NCBI RefSeq assembly: GCF_003688415.1
Contig: NZ_REFJ01000001.1
Span: 206,645 to 230,644, forward strand
Length of the DNA stretch: 24,000 nucleotides
Direction: 5' to 3'
Source of the DNA: Umboniibacter marinipuniceus
Lineage (GTDB): Bacteria > Pseudomonadota > Gammaproteobacteria > Pseudomonadales > DSM-25080
Shown here: piece by piece, positions 20,966 through 24,000 of the stretch
Numbering within the stretch: the stretch's first letter is position 1
Layout: each line of letters opens with the position of its first letter
Program-made: the position numbers and the translations under genes
The notes under the pieces: generated by a model
What the model saw: only the letters and a program-made list of their open reading frames with translations
Databases searched by the model: none
What the model was told of the DNA's origin: nothing

Positions 20966-21280
20966 CTACATGGTGGGCGTTGCGGGGTTGTTCGAGTGAT
21001 CCTGTACTAGCTCATTTTCGATATCTTCAATCACATCCTGAACCTGTTCTAGATCCAACGTACGCATGCCAATTGCAATAAGAATAGCAAGGAGTAGCTG
21101 AGCGCCAAGGGTGCCCGTGGTTATCTTTGTGCGCAATGTGCCGGGGCGCTGATGAATGCCCATGGCTTCCAGCCTTTCGGAGAGTTCTTTATATTCCATC
21201 CCCTTAAGTACCATTTGTGAGCGAATAAGGCGTTTGAGCGTCTCACGCAATGCAGGGGTATCATAATTACTGCCAGCCAT
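20966..21280 (-). CDS. Small hypothetical protein with a helix-turn-helix-like core (possibly DUF6471-like)
   Basis: The ORF track starts at a TTG (21286). An in-frame ATG at 21280 is preceded by AAGGTGA with 7-nt spacing, so I prefer 21280 (104 aa, MAGSNYDTPAL...). The segment LKGMEYKELSERLEAMGIHQRPGTLRTKITTG followed by AQLLLAILIAIGM resembles, from memory, the DUF6471 family. The tail is acidic. No functional motif was recognised. Confidence 0.55.
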   Translation of the reverse strand: MAGSNYDTPALRETLKRLIRSQMVLKGMEYKELSERLEAMGIHQRPGTLRTKITTGTLGAQLLLAILIAIGMRTLDLEQVQDVIEDIENELVQDHSNNPATPTM

Positions 21281-21334
21281 TTCCAAATCACCTTTTGTTA
21301 AACATACTTAATATTACGATACTAAATAATTAAT

Positions 21335-21370
21335 TTGAAGTTATATTAACTATGTGTTAATAATAGTTAA
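21335..21370 (+). promoter_or_regulatory. Putative sigma70 promoter of qmcA-ybbJ overlapped by an inverted repeat (candidate operator)
   Basis: -35 TTGAAG (21335-21340), 18-nt spacer, -10 AATAAT (21359-21364), about 30 nt upstream of the AAGGAG SD (21385-21390) and ATG 21398. The inverted repeat TTAACTAT (21346-21353) - N9 - ATAGTTAA (21363-21370) spans the spacer and -10. This is a by-eye prediction in a very AT-rich region where such matches arise easily. Confidence 0.3.
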
Positions 21371-21397
21371 CAAATAATACAGAAAAGGAGTTTTTCG

Positions 21398-22300
21398 ATG
21401 GATATAGTTTCGATAGTCATACTGATCGTAGCGATAATCACTGTCTTAATGTCAATCAAAATGGTTGATCAAGGTTGGATGTATACCGTTGAGCGGTTTG
21501 GACGTTACACCAAGACCATTGGCCCTGGTATCAATTTCATTGTGCCAGTTGTGGATAAGATTGGCCGTAAGCAGAATATCATGGAGCAAGTTCTGGACGT
21601 TCATCCGCAGGAAGTAATCTCGCGTGATAACGCCATGGTTACCACTGATGCGGTATGTTTCTTCCAGGTCATCGATGCCGTGAAAGCGTCCTATGAAGTC
21701 AATGACCTTGAGCGAGCCATGCAAAACTTAGTCATGACTAACATCCGTGCCGTTTTGGGTTCAATGGAATTGGATGAGATGTTGTCGAGTCGTGACCGTA
21801 TCAATATGGCGTTGTTGGAAAAGGTTGATGAGGCCACTGACCCATGGGGCGTCAAGGTTACCCGTATTGAAATTCGTGACATCACGCCACCTCGCGACCT
21901 CGTGGATTCTATGGCTAATCAAATGAAAGCAGAGCGAGATAAGCGAGCAGCAATCTTGGTGGCGCAAGGTGTTAGAGAGGCCGAAATTCAGCGTGCTGAA
22001 GGTGAAAAGCAGGCCGAGATTCTCCGTGCAGAAGGTGCTAGAACAGCAGCATTCTTGGAGTCCGAAGCGCGTGAGCGAGAAGCGGAAGCAGAAGCGAAGG
22101 CAACGCGCGTGGTATCGGAGTCCATTGCAGCGGGTGATATAAACGCCATCAACTACTTTGTCGCGCAAAAGTACACGCAAGCACTGACTGAGATCGGCAG
22201 CGCAGAAAACTCTAAAGTTGTATTGATGCCGCTTGAAGCAAGTAGCTTGATTGGTTCACTTGACGGCATTAAAAATGTGCTAGCTTCAACCAAAGAATAA
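21398..22300 (+). CDS. qmcA: SPFH/band-7 (stomatin-like) membrane protein QmcA/YbbK
   Basis: 300-aa ORF collinear with remembered E. coli QmcA (TVERFGRYTKT, VISRDNAMVT.DAVCFFQVID, NIRAVLGSMELDEMLS.RD, PWG.KVTRIEIRD, AINYFVAQKYT.AL..IG...NSKVV.MPLEASSL). It has an N-terminal TM helix and a strong SD. Confidence 0.9.
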   Translation: MDIVSIVILIVAIITVLMSIKMVDQGWMYTVERFGRYTKTIGPGINFIVPVVDKIGRKQNIMEQVLDVHPQEVISRDNAMVTTDAVCFFQVIDAVKASYEVNDLERAMQNLVMTNIRAVLGSMELDEMLSSRDRINMALLEKVDEATDPWGVKVTRIEIRDITPPRDLVDSMANQMKAERDKRAAILVAQGVREAEIQRAEGEKQAEILRAEGARTAAFLESEAREREAEAEAKATRVVSESIAAGDINAINYFVAQKYTQALTEIGSAENSKVVLMPLEASSLIGSLDGIKNVLASTKE

Positions 22301-22313
22301 CGAGGAGCGGGAT

Positions 22314-22754
22314 ATGAATATTGAGATGCTTTGGTGGCATTGGGTAGTTCTTGGCGGAGCGCTTATTGCCTTAGAAATGCTTGGCGCGGCGGGCTTTTTG
22401 ATGGGAATTGCCGTAGCGGCGCTTGGCACCGCGGTGTTAACGGCAGTGTTGCCAATTGGTTGGGAACTGCAGCTATTAGCATTCGCCCCAACCGCCGCCA
22501 TTCTTTCTTTCTTATACATAAAGCGCTTCAAGGCGTTTAACGAGAAGACGGATCGGCCTCAGCTCAATAATCGTTTGGTTCAACTGATTGGTAGCGAGGG
22601 CTGCGTTACCAGCGTTGGTGCAGCGCAAGTTAAGATTCAGATTGGCGATAGTCTCTGGTCAGTAGTTTGCGAGGAGCCGGTAGAGGTTGGTGATCAGTTG
22701 GTGATTACCAGTCTTAGCGGCGATACGCTGCAAGCAAAAAAGGCGAGTCATTGA
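22314..22754 (+). CDS. ybbJ: NfeD-family membrane protein (YbbJ-like partner of QmcA)
   Basis: 146-aa ORF 13 nt after qmcA, with a GAGGAG SD. It has two or three N-terminal TM helices (..LGGALIALEMLGAAGFLMGIAVAA..) and a C-terminal OB-fold-like soluble domain (..IGDSLWSV...G..L.I.S..G..L). The layout is the same as E. coli YbbJ. Confidence 0.8.
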   Translation: MNIEMLWWHWVVLGGALIALEMLGAAGFLMGIAVAALGTAVLTAVLPIGWELQLLAFAPTAAILSFLYIKRFKAFNEKTDRPQLNNRLVQLIGSEGCVTSVGAAQVKIQIGDSLWSVVCEEPVEVGDQLVITSLSGDTLQAKKASH

Positions 22755-22766
22755 CTCGCCTTTTTC
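22736..22766. terminator. Bidirectional rho-independent terminator (overlaps the ybbJ stop codon)
   Basis: A5 tract, then AGGCGAGT (22741-22748) / ACTCGCCT (22754-22761) with loop CATTG, then a T-run to 22765. It lies between ybbJ (+) and the convergent LacI-family gene ending at 22802 (-). Confidence 0.75.
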
Positions 22767-22801
22767 TATTGGGGGATAAACAACTTACTAAAACACGCCG
22801 G

Positions 22802-23860
22802 CTAGCTTGGAATGCCGGTGGAGTCTCGTTTAACCAATTCTGGCTGAAATGAAAGTGTCGGTGTGTTGCTTATATCGGTGTTGCAGATGAGTTTTACCAG
22901 CCTTTCTCCGGCTGATCTGGCGATATCATGGTTGGGCTGATGTGCAGTTGTGAGGCGAGGCCATGTTTGGCGCGAAAAGGGGCTATCCTCAAAGCCAGCA
23001 ATCGATAGCTGCTCTGGAATCTGCAGCCCATAAAGTCTTGCGGCAAAAAGCGCGCCTGCGGCAATTTCATCATTCAGTGCAAACACGGCAGAAGGCACTC
23101 TGCCCTCTTCGATCAATATCCGCATATTGGCCACGCCGGATTCAAACGAGTACTCACCGTTGAGTACTTGAGCGCGATGATGAGGATCTAACGCGGACTT
23201 GAAGCCACTTACTCGCTGCTGCGTTGAGGCGTGCTCTTCATCGCCGCTAAGAATGGCGATATCCGTATGTCCTAGACTAACGATATAGTCGCCTATCTCC
23301 TTTGCAGCCTCGAAATCGTCAACGTAAACGGAGTTTGCTTCAACGGTAGCTGGGGCCTGGCCCGAGATGACTCGTACAAACGGAATTTTACGGGTTGTTA
23401 GCATTTCGATGGTGGCCGGATCTTCGGAGAATGGCGGGGTTAAGACAAGCCCAGCTATACGCGAGCGCTTTACGAGCTTGTCCACCACTTCAGCTAGCGC
23501 CTCATTGGTTTCCTTCACTGGGTGGATTAGCAGCTCAAAGCCCGCGTCATGGCAACTTTTTAGTAGGCCTTCCTGAAACTCAATGACGTAGTAGGCGTTA
23601 GGGTTGTTATAAATATAACCCACTGAATAGGTATGATTTCCGGCGAGATTACGCGCCGCGTTATTGGGTTGATATCCTAGCTCTTCGACAATTGCCATGA
23701 CCTTTTCTTTGGTGGCATCCTTCACCGAGGTCTCATTATTCAAAACCCGTGAAACGGTTTTGAATGAGACGCCGGCTTTAGCTGCAATGTCGCGAATCGT
23801 AATGCTCAAAATAGGACCCAACTTATCGTTATTGTGAACGCCTAATGACGCTAGGGGCAT
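22802..23860 (-). CDS. LacI/GalR-family transcriptional regulator (effector unknown)
   Basis: N-terminal HTH ITIRDIAAKAGVSFKTVSRVLNN...V....KV...V.ELGYQPN.AARNL followed by a periplasmic-binding-protein-like sugar-binding core (..VFALNDEIAAGAL...G..IP..LSIAGFED..). The track's ATG 23860 has AGGA directly abutting it, which is too close for a good SD. An in-frame TTG at 23809 would give the canonical MSITIRDIA N-terminus, so the start is uncertain. Confidence 0.88.
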   Translation of the reverse strand: MPLASLGVHNNDKLGPILSITIRDIAAKAGVSFKTVSRVLNNETSVKDATKEKVMAIVEELGYQPNNAARNLAGNHTYSVGYIYNNPNAYYVIEFQEGLLKSCHDAGFELLIHPVKETNEALAEVVDKLVKRSRIAGLVLTPPFSEDPATIEMLTTRKIPFVRVISGQAPATVEANSVYVDDFEAAKEIGDYIVSLGHTDIAILSGDEEHASTQQRVSGFKSALDPHHRAQVLNGEYSFESGVANMRILIEEGRVPSAVFALNDEIAAGALFAARLYGLQIPEQLSIAGFEDSPFSRQTWPRLTTAHQPNHDIARSAGERLVKLICNTDISNTPTLSFQPELVKRDSTGIPS

Positions 23861-24000
23861 TCCTGTGTCAAAAAATCAATCAAATCAGTTGCTTAGGCTG
23901 TTCATTGGGGCTAGCCCTGAAGAGGACAGGGGCATGCTGTGCGAAGCTACCTAAGCCGCTAAGTGGAATTGCTGCCACCATACGTATGGCTACCGATTGA

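Noticed and set aside
20899-21081. 60-aa plus-strand ORF starting inside the purA terminator.
   Set aside because: It begins within the terminator hairpin and overlaps the better-supported minus-strand small gene. It is Cys/Ser/Ala-rich with no SD.
22072-22103. Short GAAGCN-type repetition (gagcgagaagcggaagcagaagcgaaggca).
   Set aside because: It is simply the coding sequence for the EREAEAEAKA coiled-coil segment of QmcA, not an independent tandem repeat.
21761-22180. 139-aa minus-strand ORF inside qmcA.
   Set aside because: It is antisense to the Glu/Ala/Arg-rich coiled-coil coding region, which naturally lacks stops on the opposite strand. The product is Cys/Arg/Phe/Leu-rich and not protein-like.
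21398-22754. The SPFH + NfeD pair as a candidate novel membrane-associated defence or stress system.
   Set aside because: Both proteins are collinear, block for block, with E. coli QmcA and YbbJ. This is a widespread, already described housekeeping-type pair, and no nuclease, NTPase or other effector gene is attached.

Overview
This is a core-genome window from a gammaproteobacterium. Hfq length and sequence, the rhdA-psd pair and hisZ between hflC and purA resemble the Pseudomonas/Cellvibrio/Oceanospirillales side of the class, but the exact taxon cannot be determined by eye. Nearly every base is explained by well-known housekeeping genes in a classic conserved arrangement. On the minus strand lie an M16 zinc-protease lipoprotein, rsgA, an rhdA-like rhodanese and psd. 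Next come orn and a convergent queG, then a mono-haem cytochrome c. These are followed by the long, tightly coupled plus-strand superoperon nnr-tsaE-amiB-mutL-miaA-hfq-hflX-hflK-hflC and then hisZ-purA. Downstream of purA are a small uncharacterised protein, a divergent qmcA-ybbJ (SPFH/NfeD) pair and a LacI-family regulator. I saw no rRNA, tRNA, CRISPR array, transposase, integrase or phage-like gene. I find no convincing evidence for a new multi-gene system here. The least understood part is 20.9-22.8 kb, where the small ORF, an AT-rich divergent promoter region with an inverted repeat, and the SPFH/NfeD pair sit together. Smaller oddities are a perfect 24-bp palindrome over the rsgA ribosome-binding region, orn and queG sharing a CTAG double stop with no terminator, and lineage-specific insertions into the conserved backbone. 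All homology statements come from recognising motifs and remembered sequences by eye, not from searches.
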